Source: Eledone cirrhosa (lineage: Eukaryota). Taken from it: a DNA stretch of 64,000 nt. This document shows positions 40,406-53,229 of this stretch, piece after piece. The notes under the pieces were generated by a model. That model was given only the letters and a program-made list of their open reading frames with translations. It was not told where the DNA came from and did not search any database. The position numbers were made by a program, and so were the translations under genes. The stretch covers positions 106,330,001 to 106,394,000 of the forward strand of contig OZ024741.1 in assembly GCA_964016885.1 (NCBI GenBank). Direction: 5' to 3'. Every line of letters begins with the position of its first letter. Positions within the stretch are counted from its first letter, which is position 1.

Positions 40406-41217
40406 TCTATATATATAAAACTGTGGTTGTCTGTCTGTCTATCGATTTTTGGCACACATCTCCTCTTAGAATCTCTCACGGAATTGCACCGAAATTGCTA
40501 GACTTGTACATTCAGCCCTAGCGAAGACATCGGAAAAAAAAAAATTTCAAATTGACCCACCCTATGTGACGAAATCGAATATAATGTATCGATTTTTGAG
40601 CGTAAGTTATCAGTTATTTCCCTTTGTTCTGTTTACATTGAGCGTCTTACGTAAAAAATTACGCTGGCTTTCTCAGCGTTTAAAATGACATTAACACAAT
40701 ACACGAACATTCGAACACTAAGCTTCCGTTTTGCTTCATTTCCATTTAAAAGCATTTTAAAACAATATTTTTACTTGAAAACAAGTCTATTTAAAGACTA
40801 CGTAAAACAAGCAAATATTTCAGGCGTGCAGACAGACAGTCGTGCAGAGAGGTGATATAGGCGTGCAGACAGACAGTCGTGCAGAGAGGTGATATAGGCG
40901 TGCAGACAGACATAACTGATAATTTGGTTACGCTAATGTTTTTCTCTGCGTTGCAGTGTTTACATTTTCGATCTTTGTTAATAAATAACCAGTGCAGTTT
41001 CTATCCCCAGCATCCTCTTTTGTTATAACATTCGGGTTATCGTTATGTTTTCTTAACTTCATAAGGCATATTGTTGGTTGAGGGAATATTAATAAAAAAC
41101 ACCACATGCAAGTCTGCACAGTAGACACTACAGTTTTTAAGCCAAGAAAGAAACTTAACATTGTAACTTTAATACAGCTACTGAGCGACCCCGAGCAACG
41201 CCGGGCTTTACTGCTAG
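40406..41217 (+). mobile_element. Non-autonomous Helitron (duplicate of 35905-36751, one fewer 37-bp unit)
   Basis: Near-identical sequence with the same termini. Confidence 0.85.
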
Positions 41218-41464
41218 TATATTATATATATATATATATATTATATATTATATATATATATATATATTATATATATATATATATATATTATATATTATAT
41301 ATATATATATATTATATATATATATATATTATATATTATATATATATATATATTATATATTATATATATATTATATATTATATATATATATATATTATAT
41401 ATATATATATTATATATATATATATTATATATATATATATTATATATTATATATATATATATAT

Positions 41465-41496
<32 letters not shown>

Positions 41497-41633
41497 ATAT
41501 TATATATATATATATTATATATATATTATATATATTATATATATATTATATATATATATATATTATATATATATATATATATTTATTATATATATATTTA
41601 TTATATATATATATATATTATATATATATATAT

Positions 41634-41665
<32 letters not shown>

Positions 41666-42190
41666 ATATATTATATATATATATATATTATATATATATA
41701 TTATATATATATATATTATATATATATATATATTATATATATATATATATTATATATATATATATATTATATATATATTATATATATATATATATTATAT
41801 ATATATTATATATATATATATATAATATATATATTATATATATATATTATATATATATATTATATATATATATATATATATTATATTATATAGATAAATC
41901 TACCAAGAGTTTACGGTATATATTATATATATATTATATAATATATATATTATATATATATATTATATATATATATATATATTATATATATATATATATA
42001 TATTATATTATATATATATTATATATATATATATTATATTATATATATATTATATTATATATATATTATATATATATATATTATATTATATATATATTAT
42101 ATTATATATATATTATATATATATATATTATATATATATATATATCTATATATATATATTATATATATATATATTATATATATCTATATA

Positions 42191-42392
42191 GTTTTAATAT
42201 AGATGAGATTCTACAGGACTAGAACTGTTTCATTCATTAGAAATCATCAGGAATCTCCTGATGATTTCTAATGAATGAAACAGTTCTAGTCCTGTAGAAT
42301 CTCATCTATATTAAAACTTTTATACTCTGCTATGTATTGAGTACCTTACTTACTGTGGTTACCTCCAATTCAACCCGGAATAACGTATATAT
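42191..42392. mobile_element. Fold-back hammerhead element, duplicate of 37689-37890 (HHR motif on - strand at 42205-42257)
   Basis: Near-identical sequence. Confidence 0.82.
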
Positions 42393-42865
42393 CTATATAT
42401 ATATATTATATATATATATATTATATATATATATTATATATATATATATTATATATATATATTATATATATATATTATATATATTATATATATATATATT
42501 ATATATATATATTATATATATATATATTATATATATATATTATATATATATATATATATTATATATTATATATATATATTATATATATATCTTATATATA
42601 TATTATATATTATATATATATATTATATATATATATTATATATTATATATATATATTATATATAGTTACTCTCTCTCAACTAATGTTATTTATTTTCTTC
42701 TTTGTTCAACAGATACTATGTTCCTGGGTCACAGTGGGAAGACTTTTGATTGTGTTCTCTCTGTCCAAATTGACCTGAAGCTAAACAACAATAGCAACTA
42801 ACACTAATATATGTATATTGTTACTCTCTCAACTAATGTTATTTATCTTCTTTCTTGTTCAACAG

Positions 42866-42944
42866 ATACAATGCTCAACATAAATACCAAGATGCTCTGG
42901 AACTACTTTATAAAGGCTCAGTTACACTGCTCCAGCACCGCCAG
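42866..42944 (+). CDS. GET4: GET4 exon (first visible coding exon; 79 bp)
   Basis: AG|A TAC AAT... = (R)YNAQHKYQDALELLYKGSVTLLQHRQ|GT; aligns to GET4 [27 protein letters not shown]. Confidence 0.88.
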
Positions 42945-43814
42945 GTTTCTGCTACTTTTTCATATAATTTCTTTCACTTAGCCCTTCATCATTTAAACCA
43001 GCCATATCCGGCCAGAATTCTCTCTCCTCTTTCTGTTCAAACCAGCTGTAACCGGCCACTCATACTGATGTTAAGGTATTGTTCTCAAAATAAATAATAT
43101 CAAAATCTCATAGTCGATATTATGTGAGATAAAGTCTTTACCACAAAAATATGATAGTAAATATAGAGTAATGTAAATGCTAAAGGGTTAACTCTTTCCA
43201 AACTAAACTGTTTCAGATCATCACTCCCTGTTTTTTCTATACAATATGACCTGTGATAAAGTGTTCATATTTAAATTAAAACCTTCCACTATATTTTTAT
43301 TGAATAATCTTTTGTTAAGTTATATTCAAATTATCAGCTTAAACTTTCATTATCATAATTCTACTGAATGACAGTGCCTATGATTTTCAAATATTTTTGA
43401 AAATAATCAAGAATTTGGAGGGATCTTGTAATATAACTAATTTTTTTATTATTAAACTGGTGCTTGAAACATAACTTAAAGGTTCTTACATGAAATTATA
43501 TTGGAAGGATTTTAGATAGTATTGGTGACAATCTCTCTGGTTCTGGTGCGATGATAAAATGCACCCAGTACACTCTGTAAAAGTCAGCTTTAGGAAGCAC
43601 ATCTAACTGTAGAAACCATGCCAAAATATGGATGTGGTTCTTTGATCTAATCTAGTCTTGGATCATTGTGACCCATCCATTTTATGCTAGCATGGAATAC
43701 GGATGTAAAAGGATGATTATTATTATTATTATTTAACATAAACAACTTAATATTGTAGAACGAGGAACAGTTTCAATTGGTTTGGTATCAAACAGGTTAA
43801 CCTATGTCTTTAAC

Positions 43815-43950
43815 AATCTCTAAGTGTGTCATAACACTATAGTGTGTTGCTGATAATATCTAGGTATATCATGACACTTTAGTGTGTCACCAATAATCTC
43901 TAGGCATGTCACAAAACTTTAGGGTGTCATTGATAATCTCTATGTGCATC
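43815..43950. repeat. Degenerate short-period (~40 bp) minisatellite
   Basis: Recurring ataatctctagg..tgtcat.acactttag.gtgtc. Confidence 0.55.
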
Positions 43951-44184
43951 ACAGAAATTAACTGAAATCTGATCAATTTCTACCAATGTTTAGGATCTGA
44001 CAGCTCTGCTTTGTGCCAATTGACATATCACTGGTAATCTGCAATATAAAGTGTATCACCAGTGGAAAGTTTGAAAAGCTTTGCATTAGAGGTTCAAGTT
44101 TGATTGCATCATCTTACAGCTGTTAACTTAACCCATTTCATACATCACTTGAGACCACTTTTGGTTTTATGCTACATTATTATA

Positions 44185-44585
44185 TGTCCACTTTTCCATG
44201 CTTGCATGGGTTGGACGGGTCTTTTTCAACTCACCATCTCTTCCCTTGTTCTACTCCATTGTCATCTCCTCAGTGAGTTTCTGTAATTTGAGATCAACTC
44301 TCACCACTTCTGCCCAGGTCTTCCTTTACTGCAGCTTCCTTCCACAGGGATTTCTTGGCATTACTTTACCCAGCGATCATCATTGATGTACATCACATGT
44401 CCATACCAGCACAGTCTTCTCTCTTGCACACTATATCTGATTCTTCTTATATACAGTTTTCCTTTCAACTTATCTATGTTTCATCGTTCTTGCACATTAA
44501 CATCGCACATCTATTAAAGCATTCTGCTTCAGCCTTCACGTATCCTCTGCACTCACTGCCCATGTCCCACTACCATGCAGCATAC
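44185..44585 (-). mobile_element. Old decayed RTE 3' end
   Basis: Degenerate match to LHGSGTWA...RRLCWYGHVM; tail ccatgcttgcatgggttggacggg on +. Confidence 0.75.
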
Positions 44586-44842
44586 AAAGTTATATATTTT
44601 AAAGTGTTTATACTTATCTAAAGACTACATTTCTTTTATATAAGAACCTTTGTTAAATTATGTACCATAAGAAAATTATAATAAAACTATTTTACTAAAT
44701 CCCACCCAAATTCTTGATTATTTTCAAAATTGATTGACAATCATAGACAATGTCTTTTGAAATATAATGTACGGGTTAATTACAGACACCTTACTACAAA
44801 CCATTACATATGTTTTCTATGTTATATTTTTTTTTATTCCAG

Positions 44843-44924
44843 CAAACTAGTGGTACAGATTTAGCTTCTCTGTTCATTAATACGTTAGCCAGTTCATCTT
44901 CTCCAGTATTAGAAGACCCAGTTA
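44843..44924 (+). CDS. GET4: GET4 exon (82 bp)
   Basis: AG|QTSGTDLASLFINTLASSSSPVLEDPV|GTAAGT; phase consistent with neighbours. Confidence 0.88.
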
Positions 44925-45829
44925 GTAAGTTATTTTTCATTGATATTTGCATATCTAACCTACTCCACACACTCTTTTCTTTCTCATTCTCTTTCCATAT
45001 ACACACACACTTTCTCTCTTTCCACACTCACTTTCTCTCTTTCCACACACTTTCTCTCTCTTCATACACACACACACACTTTCTCTCCACATACACACAC
45101 ATATAGCTGTTTTTGAATGGGTGTGTGTCAGGAGGGAGAGAATAGTGTCATGGAAAGAGAAAGGGGAAGAAGGAGGAAACTCGGAGAGATATAAAGAATG
45201 TGTGATGATAGTGATGGTAATAAAGTTGTTAGGAATTAGTAAAAGGAGTGATGTTTGGTGATGATGATGAATAGGGTGAATGACATGAATAGAATATAAG
45301 TTGGATAGGTAGGTAGGTATGTATCAATTGGTGGTGGTGAACAAAGTATTTACTGAAAAGTATTTATTGTGAAATAGAATTCCTTGAGAAGACTGTAATG
45401 GCTTTTGCTGGTGGAATGGTTCAATAGATTTCTGGTAGTGGGTGGTGATGATGATGAGGTAGGAATGGATATAACAAGGAAGAGAAAAAAAAGAAAAGGA
45501 AGAAGTAAAAGAGAAAGTAAAAATAAAAAAAGGGAAAAAGAAGAAAAAGAAATAGATATAAAGTATATGTTGTGATGATATGCAGATGAAATTCCAGAGT
45601 AACAGAGATCACTGCTTAGCCATAATAAATGTATATTTAATCTCTACTTTTGTATTGAGTACTTTTTCTCATGTCTGGGTACATACATATACACACACAA
45701 CAGATTGCTCAAAACAAAGTATAACCCAGGAATTTAAATGTCTAACCAATCTTAAAATAGTTTTACTTCCTCTTAAAAAAGAACTTTCCTAAATTGTTCA
45801 ATTTTCATATTTCTATATTTTCTTTTCAG

Positions 45830-45985
45830 ATAAAGTAGCTCATTTGTTTCAATGTATGGAAAGTGACAACCCTGGCCGGCAGGTTTATTTAATTGAGTCC
45901 ATAAACTGGACTATCAAAGTTGATCCTAAGTACAAATCAGGTCATCCTATTTTACACAAAAAGTATGGTCTCATTTTCTGGACTG
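45830..45985 (+). CDS. GET4: GET4 exon (156 bp)
   Basis: KVAHLFQCMESDNPGRQVYLIESINWTIKVDPKYKSGHPILHKKYGLIFWT; conserved GHPxLH motif. Confidence 0.92.
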
Positions 45986-46524
45986 GTAAATATTTATTTA
46001 TGTCTTCAATGTTGCTTTTCTTTTTTTTAAAAAATATATCCTATATCTTTATAGATATGTTGTTTTATTACTGCAAATATGTCATTTTATTACTAAAAAA
46101 AAACAGCTGCTGGATGCCCTTCCTAACACCAACCATGTTTATAGTGTGGCACTGTGATCAGACAGGTCTGACCAATTGTCCATGCCATACCCTACTCATA
46201 GTGGGACCATGTTTTAGTTGGGTTTTTATGGTGGCTGGATGCCCTCACCAACACCAACTACAGTGTAGAACTGGGTGGTCTCGTTATGAGGAGAGTCTGG
46301 CCAGTTAGCCATGCCGTACCCATCTCATAGCAGAACCATATTTTAGGAGCTGGGTGGTCCCATTATGAGGGAGGTGCATAGAAAAAAAAAACATAAATGG
46401 TGGAAAAGAATTATATATTTTTAGTGCTTAGCTGTAACGTTTCATTGGAGGAAACGAACAAGGCTGGTTTCTTTTGTGTCAGGTCCCAAGTGAATTTAAG
46501 GTTGGCCATATATATATATATATA

Positions 46525-47100
46525 TATCAGGTCATCCCATAAGTAATATCAGTTTTAGTTTTTGAAGAGATAAAAAACACATGTTATACACTAATTCAAT
46601 AAAGTTTATATTCAATAACATTCTTCCTACCTTGTAAAAGGTTTCTTATATCATTCCTATAGAGATCAGACAGATTTGAGGAGGAAATGTTACATAGATA
46701 CAAATCAAGTGCCTCTAAGGAATTGCACTGTTTTCCATTAATAAAAGGTTGCAAATATCAGAATAAATGATAAACTGAAGGAGCAAGGTCAAGAAAATAT
46801 GGAGGATGCAGAAGTCTTTTCCAGGCATGTTCTTCTATTGTGGAACATGTAATCCATGCACTATGAGGTCGGGTGTTGTCATGATGGAAAATGGCATCCT
46901 TTTGATTGACTAGAGAGTACCTTCTTTCTTTTAATTTTTCATTCAAAGATTACGTTGTTCACAGTACACTTGAGTTGTGATTGTCTGATTTTGTGGCAAG
47001 ATGAGGTTTCAATATGTATTACACTCGTCATATCCCACCAAACGCTTAAAACCTTCTGAGGATGCAGGTCTTGTTTCAGATGAGATTTTGCTTGTATATA
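46525..47100 (-). mobile_element. Decayed mariner transposase 3' half
   Basis: FHHDNTRPH...LLHPPYFLDLAPSVYHLF (DD34D family motifs); TIR-like tcaggtcatcccataag next to TA. Confidence 0.82.
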
Positions 47101-47884
47101 TAAACACAAATGTACTCCAGTTTGATCATTTTTTATTAAGGATTTTTGTATTTCCTTTTTAGTTCTTTAAGTTTAGTTTGTAACAGAAGCTAATACTATC
47201 ACCTTATATTCAGCAGTGGTGGCCACAGAGAAAGACTGGGATATAAAAGATCTTTTCTATCAATATTTACTAAATATCTGAGTTTAAAGTAGCATTTAAC
47301 CAATAAGTACATGAACATATAAATATAAAATGTGATGAGATATACCATCTACTCTGTTCGTCCCTCAAACAAGACAAACTAAGTCTTTTAAACCTTTGAT
47401 AACAATTTTCCTAATAAAATATATTGTCATAGTTTTAATTTTTAAGATGAAAAATGAAAGCCTTGTAGCTGGACAATGAAGAAATAACTCTTTCTTAGCA
47501 ACTTACGGATTCTCCCATTAAACAAGGGAAATAACTCGGAACGAATGTAATGAGGAGGTTCTTCTCTGGAGACTTTCTACTGTACAACTCTCCTCAGACG
47601 TACTTACTACTAGTAACAAAGGGAGATAATTTAAGCAATCTGTAATGACACTTCCTCATCTAACATTTTACGATATATTTGGTAGAGGTAATGAAATGTC
47701 ACAGTAATTACTGGTGAAGGTTGTGTGGTGGAGTGGTTAAAGTATTGGTTTCTCGACCACAGAGAATAAACAGTGTGTCTGTGATATTGTAGTTTAAGTC
47801 TCTTGTAGATGGTGTGTGTGTTGCTTCAAACTTATTGTGAAATCTGAAAATATGTAGAAATAAAATTTTTATTTTCCATTGCAG

Positions 47885-48023
47885 AAAAGAATTATGAGCA
47901 AGCTCGGTATCATTTCCTGCACTCAACAGATGGTGCCAGTACTGCTGCTTTACTTATTGAGTACCATGTATCTCGGGGCTTTGCTGCCGAGGTTGACTTA
48001 TTTATTGCCCAAGCTGTGTTGCA
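47885..48023 (+). CDS. GET4: GET4 exon (139 bp)
   Basis: [47 protein letters not shown]; AG/GTAAGT boundaries. Confidence 0.96.
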
Positions 48024-48061
48024 GTAAGTACTATAGCTTTGTCTATGTATATATTAGTGTA

Positions 48062-48105
<44 letters not shown>

Positions 48106-48251
48106 TAACAGATTAAAGTTTAAGCAAAGAATCGCTGCTTTCACCCTTATGTATGTATATATCTGAGTATAGGTGAAGGTGAGTGTATATTTGGAAACCC
48201 TATTGTTTTTTAAAATAATAATCTCAAAAAACATTGTTGTAATATGACATA

Positions 48252-48836
48252 CTAGCAGTGGTATAAGGTATTGCACGGGATAAGGTATTGTGAAATATAT
48301 AACCGCCTTAGCTAAAGCTTAGTATTGCCACAACCACGGCTGGCAAAGAAGTAAGGGTCTGGTGGTACGTGAGTAAGCAACGCTGTGGCTGAAAACGTGA
48401 GGAAGAAGTTGTGCACTTACCAACTGTTTGGGGAATGAGTGTGAGATTTGTCTTGAGCAAGGGTGGCATAATAACCAGAGGCAGCAGACAGCCAGACATA
48501 CAGACAGATATTATAAAGGCGCGTTCTGGATGCAGAGCGAATTGTAGGAAGTGACGTAATGCAGACAGCCATACAGAGATATTATAAGGGCGCGACGTTA
48601 TATGTATGCATCTATCTAAAAAGAGAAAGACTAAGAATTATAGAGAGAGATTGCTAAATCGCCTAATGTGGTCCCTAGGGCATTTAAAATTTGAAATTTA
48701 TTTTGCTCAGAACACTCCATGAAACAAGTATTACATGTGTAAAGTTTGAAAACAGTTGGTTGGGTGGTTCTCTAGTTTTAGGGATTCAAAGTCACACACA
48801 CACACAGACAGACATCCTCAGTTTTATATATATAGA
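48252..48836 (-). mobile_element. Non-autonomous Helitron (related termini to 35905)
   Basis: Minus strand begins A|TCtatatatataaaactgaggatgtctgtctg and ends ...ctgCTAG|T. Confidence 0.72.
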
Positions 48837-49124
48837 TAATGTTGAAATGAGATGTTAAGCGCTTTCATTGCCATATTTCTAATGAAATACAATTTTCTTT
48901 TTTGAATAATTTTGAAAATAATCAAGAATTTGGAAGGATTTAGTTATAAACTTTTTCATTATTTATCTAATGTTTGGACTTTAGTGTTACAAAGGTTCTT
49001 ATATAAAATAATGATGGAAACTTTTTTAGATAAATAAAAGTATTTTAAAACAGGAGTGTTGTATCAGAGACCCAGGGGTGATTTCAGGCAGTTTGGTTTC
49101 AAAAGGGATAATATTGTAAAAAAA

Positions 49125-49520
49125 TATTGTTGTAACATGATAATGTAACATGATATATAATGTAACAAGATAGATAATGTTGTAACAAGATATGTTGTAA
49201 AAAGATAGCAAGTGTTGTAACGATACATAATATTGTAACACGATAATGTAGCATGATATATAATGTAACAAGATAGATAATGTTGTAACAAGATATGTTG
49301 TAAAAAGATAGCAAGTGTTGTAACGAGATAATGTAATGTGATAGATAATGTTGTAACAAAGAGGGATATTGTTGTAACAAGATTGATAATGTTGTAATAA
49401 GATAATGTAATATTAGTATGTGATAGGTGTTGTAACGAGATAATGTAATGAGTTAGATAATGTTGTAATGATATAATGTTGCAACACATAGATCTGACAA
49501 TGACAGATAATGTAACATTC
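49125..49520. repeat. AT-rich minisatellite (gataatgttgtaacaa-type units)
   Basis: Seen directly. Confidence 0.85.
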
Positions 49521-49554
49521 TATACAAATATATTTTTTTAAACTCTATTTTCAG

Positions 49555-49695
49555 GTTCTTGTGCCTTCAAAATAAAGATACAGCCAACGTCGTATTCTTG
49601 AAGTACACAAAGGAACATCCACATCTGAAGAAAGGTCCACCCTTTCTAATGCCATTATTAAACTTTATTTGGTTTTTGCTGTTAGCTTTGGACAC
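49555..49695 (+). CDS. GET4: GET4 exon (141 bp)
   Basis: [46 protein letters not shown]. Confidence 0.96.
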
Positions 49696-49829
49696 GTAAG
49701 CATAGATTAATTTCAGTTGAAGTGTATGTGTGTGTGTTTAATTAAACAAAAATGTTTTGTATTTGAATTTCTGAAGATATAATTAATTAATGTTGCTGTT
49801 TGTTGATGAAATTTTATTTTTATTTACAG

Positions 49830-49905
49830 AGGAAAAGTCAGTCTATTTACTATCTTATGTGAAAAATATGAAACTTCAATCAACAGAGATCCAACTTATA
49901 AGGAG
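49830..49905 (+). CDS. GET4: GET4 exon (76 bp)
   Basis: GKVSLFTILCEKYETSINRDPTYKE|GTATG. Confidence 0.96.
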
Positions 49906-50429
49906 GTATGTGGTTGATTTAATCGACTTTCCTTTCCCCAAAAATTGTTGGACTTGTGTCTAAATCAGAAACCATTATACATTATAAATGGCAATAAAGA
50001 AATGAAAAAGAAAAGAAAAAAAAAAATTAAACAATGAAAGAAGGGGAAAATGGGGAGAGAGCAATAGACTCTACATTCCTGTCTGAACAGTATATTTCAG
50101 CTACACCCTGCAACAAAAGGGCAAAGGCATTGTCATGGAGAATGGCCAGCAACACTCGCTGCAACAGGGGCTCTTTTCTCAGGCGGGTTGCAGTCTTCCT
50201 GATTATGTTTGGATTTTCCTTTCTGTTTATATGAGATGACTCTAAGTTTTACCCAAAGACGTCAAGGGACTGCAAGTTATAGGTTCAAGCAGGATGGTTG
50301 ACAACTGCCATGTTTTGGGGGAAGAATGTAGTTAGTGATTAGTGTTTTGTGTGCCTTGGGTTCATACAAAGTATTGTTTTAGAAAATGTCTGTCAAAATA
50401 TAAGAAAAACGTTTGTATAAAAGTATTAT

Positions 50430-50750
50430 TTGGCAGAGGGTCGGACGCCATGCTTTGTAGCATAGAGTTACGGCCCTTTATGATTTGAGTTCAAATCCCG
50501 CTGAGGTTAACTTTTCTTTTCATCCTTACGAGGTTGATAAAATAAAGCACTAGTAATGCACTGGGATAATTGCTGGCCTTGTGCCAAAAGTAGAAACAAT
50601 TATTATTATTATTCAAATCCCGCCGAGGTTAACTTTGCCTTTCATCCTTACGGGGTCAATAAAATAAAGTACCAGTCACGCACTGGTGTCGATTTAATTG
50701 ACTTTCCCCTCCCCCAAAATTGCTGGCCTTGTGCCTATATAAGAAACCAT
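50430..50750 (+). mobile_element. Two tandem SINE-A-related copies
   Basis: Two B-box/body units separated by (TAT)n. Confidence 0.8.
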
Positions 50751-50764
50751 TATTATTATTATTA

Positions 50765-51172
50765 TTGCCATAATTATTTTTATTGCATATCATTACTGCT
50801 TTACCAAGCATAGCTCTGTGAGCAGTGTAGTTTTTGCTGATGTTGTTTCTATTGTATTGATAGTACTTTTTGTAATATGTGTGCAGTACCTAGTAGTGCT
50901 ATCTGTATGCTGTATATATTTATAAGTCCTTGGGTTTTGGTTATGTATTTGTCTGTATGTTTTTTTATTGTTCCCAGAGCACCTATTATTATAGGTATTA
51001 TTGCTGTTTTCATTTTCCACATTCGAGTTATTTCTATGCCTAGATCTTTATAATTGGAAAGTTTCTCCATTTTTTTGGAAGATATATTGTCGTCTGTGGG
51101 GATTGATCATCTATTAGTAGGCATTTTTTTTCTTTGTGGACTATAATATCTGGTTGGTTATTATTGTTATTC
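50765..51172 (-). mobile_element. R4/Dong-like non-LTR retrotransposon 3' remnant (restriction-like endonuclease)
   Basis: NNQPDII...CLLID...EKLSNYKDLGIEITRMWKMKTAIIPIIIGALG; 3' end abuts (TAA)n. Confidence 0.75.
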
Positions 51173-51465
51173 TAAGTTTTGCTCATACTGGTGATGATAT
51201 TTAATCTCCAAATCAAGTTAAGGTTTTGTTCATCCAACTGTTACTGTACAGTACTTGATGACTATAGCTGCCTGTACATTTATGGTCAATATAAAATTTG
51301 ATGCCTTGAGTTATGTTACCAACAAAAGACTCAATTGTTTCAAATATTTATGCTTGATGATGTTAGTTAGTTTTTCTTTTCTTTATTATATCTTCCAACT
51401 CTAACATACTTGTAACCACTAAATACTTGTAGCCACTTCATGATCTCCTATTCTTCTTATTGTTA

Positions 51466-51612
51466 TTGAGTTCAAATCTCACCAAGGTTAGCCTTGCCTT
51501 TCATCATTATGGGGTCAATAAAATAAAGTACCAATAAAGCACTTGTCAATTTAATTGACTTTCCCTCTTTCCTTCAAATTGCTGGCCTTGTGCTAAACGT
51601 AGAAACAATTAT
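51466..51612 (+). mobile_element. Diverged SINE-A-related copy
   Basis: gagttcaaatctcacc...gcctttcatc...ggggtcaataaaataaagtacc...gtagaaacaatt. Confidence 0.75.
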
Positions 51613-51699
51613 TATTTCTATTATTGAACAACTTACAATTAGAGCCCTCACCATCACTTCAAATGTTAGGTCTCACTAGATCTTTTCTGGTAAACACAC

Positions 51700-52190
51700 A
51701 TCCATAACATAGCTAATACTGCATTGTAAGACTGGCCTTCCTCTTCTGATCCACAAAATACTAGCAATTACTAATTGTTTACAAAACATGGGTGAGACCT
51801 ACAATGGAACACTGCTTCTCGATGAAACCAACCCTGGTTCTACAATACAAACTGTAGCTAAAACCCTACCATCATCATTTTATGTTCTGAACACCAGTTT
51901 AATAATGAGAAAGTTAGTTATATTACTAAACCCCGCAAAATTTTTGATTATTTTAAAATCATCAGCAGTGTATTTTATTAGAAATATGGTAATGAAAGAG
52001 TTAAACAGGTGTAAATTGGTGTTCTGGACTAAACCCATGTCCTTAATTACATCACTGACTAATAGAAACAACTTGGGAGTGAAACATTTAGTGCAAACTT
52101 GTCATGCAATAATGTTTGATATGTAAAAGTTATTTCCCATTACATGGTTTTTCATCACTTTTCAATCAAGAGATCTAATCACCAACACCA
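51700..52190 (-). mobile_element. Highly decayed LINE RT remnant (CR1/L2-like)
   Basis: VSDVIKDMGLVQN...LFNSFITIFLIKYTADDFKI resembles SGVPQGSVLGP.LF.....YADDxK. Confidence 0.4.
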
Positions 52191-52273
52191 CCACCATACT
52201 TTACCACTGCAACCATCACCAAATCTACCACCACCATATATTCATTATGTCTGTTTTCTCTCTTCCACTTCAG

Positions 52274-52343
52274 TATCTTGACAGAATAGGACAGCTGTTC
52301 TTTGGTCTTCCTCCTCCAAAACAATCTCCACATGGAATACTTG
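52274..52343 (+). CDS. GET4: GET4 exon (70 bp)
   Basis: YLDRIGQLFFGLPPPKQSPHGIL|GTAAGT; near-identical to GET4 YLDRIGQLFFGVPP. Confidence 0.96.
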
Positions 52344-52639
52344 GTAAGTGAACTGCAATAATTATTCTACAGAAATTCCTTTAACTTTATTATTATTATT
52401 AACCCAATAGTTTTTGTTAAAAATTAAGCCTTTTTTTTTCAAATTTGACAACGTTGAAATCGAAACACAGAATTGCTACAATGATACTCTTCATCATCAT
52501 CCAATACCAAGTAGGCCTATGGCCAGATAGTCCAGCAGATCCTCCAGAATGAGGCCTTCTGCTTGTTTTGTTTGTAGGTTTATTATCCATCATTGGCTTG
52601 TTAGGCCTGTTGTGGTTAATGCCACCGATGTTGTCCAAG

Positions 52640-52812
52640 GGAAAGTTAATGGTTAATATAGCTTGGCACCAGTGACATCACAACTCATTTCTACTGCCGA
52701 GTGAACTGGAGCAGTGTCTTGCTCAGGGACACAAGGCATTGCCTGGTCCGGGAATTGAAGTCACAACCTCACAATTGTGAATCCAACTCTCTAACCATTA
52801 AGTCATGTGCTT
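52640..52812 (-). mobile_element. Older SINE-B-related copy
   Basis: ctcatttctactgccgagtgaactggagca...cttgctcaggga...ctctaaccattaagtcatg. Confidence 0.7.
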
Positions 52813-53229
52813 TACAATGATACAAGCATTAGAAAATCATCATTTTGATGCCTAAGGATATTTTACTGACAAAGATACTCATGTTAGAAAATCAGATTAA
52901 ATACCCTTAGGGACAGAAAATCATCCAAAGTAAGATTTGTTTACTTCTGGCTCTAGTTAAGTTTTTATATAAAAATTGTTAAACTCCAATTAATTGCTCA
53001 TTAAAAATTATCAAACATAATTATTTTCCAGTTAAAAATAATTAAATGACAACTTTTTCTTAAAAATTGATAAGCCACAATTAACTTTTTGTTAAAAAAT
53101 GGTTAACTGTTAATCATGTGAACCACATTAGCAAAACATTTATAAAAGTACAAACAGCAATATGAATATTACATTAAAAGTTAATTTACTGCAAATTCCC
53201 ACAACAATGTCTTACGGTAAATATATAAA

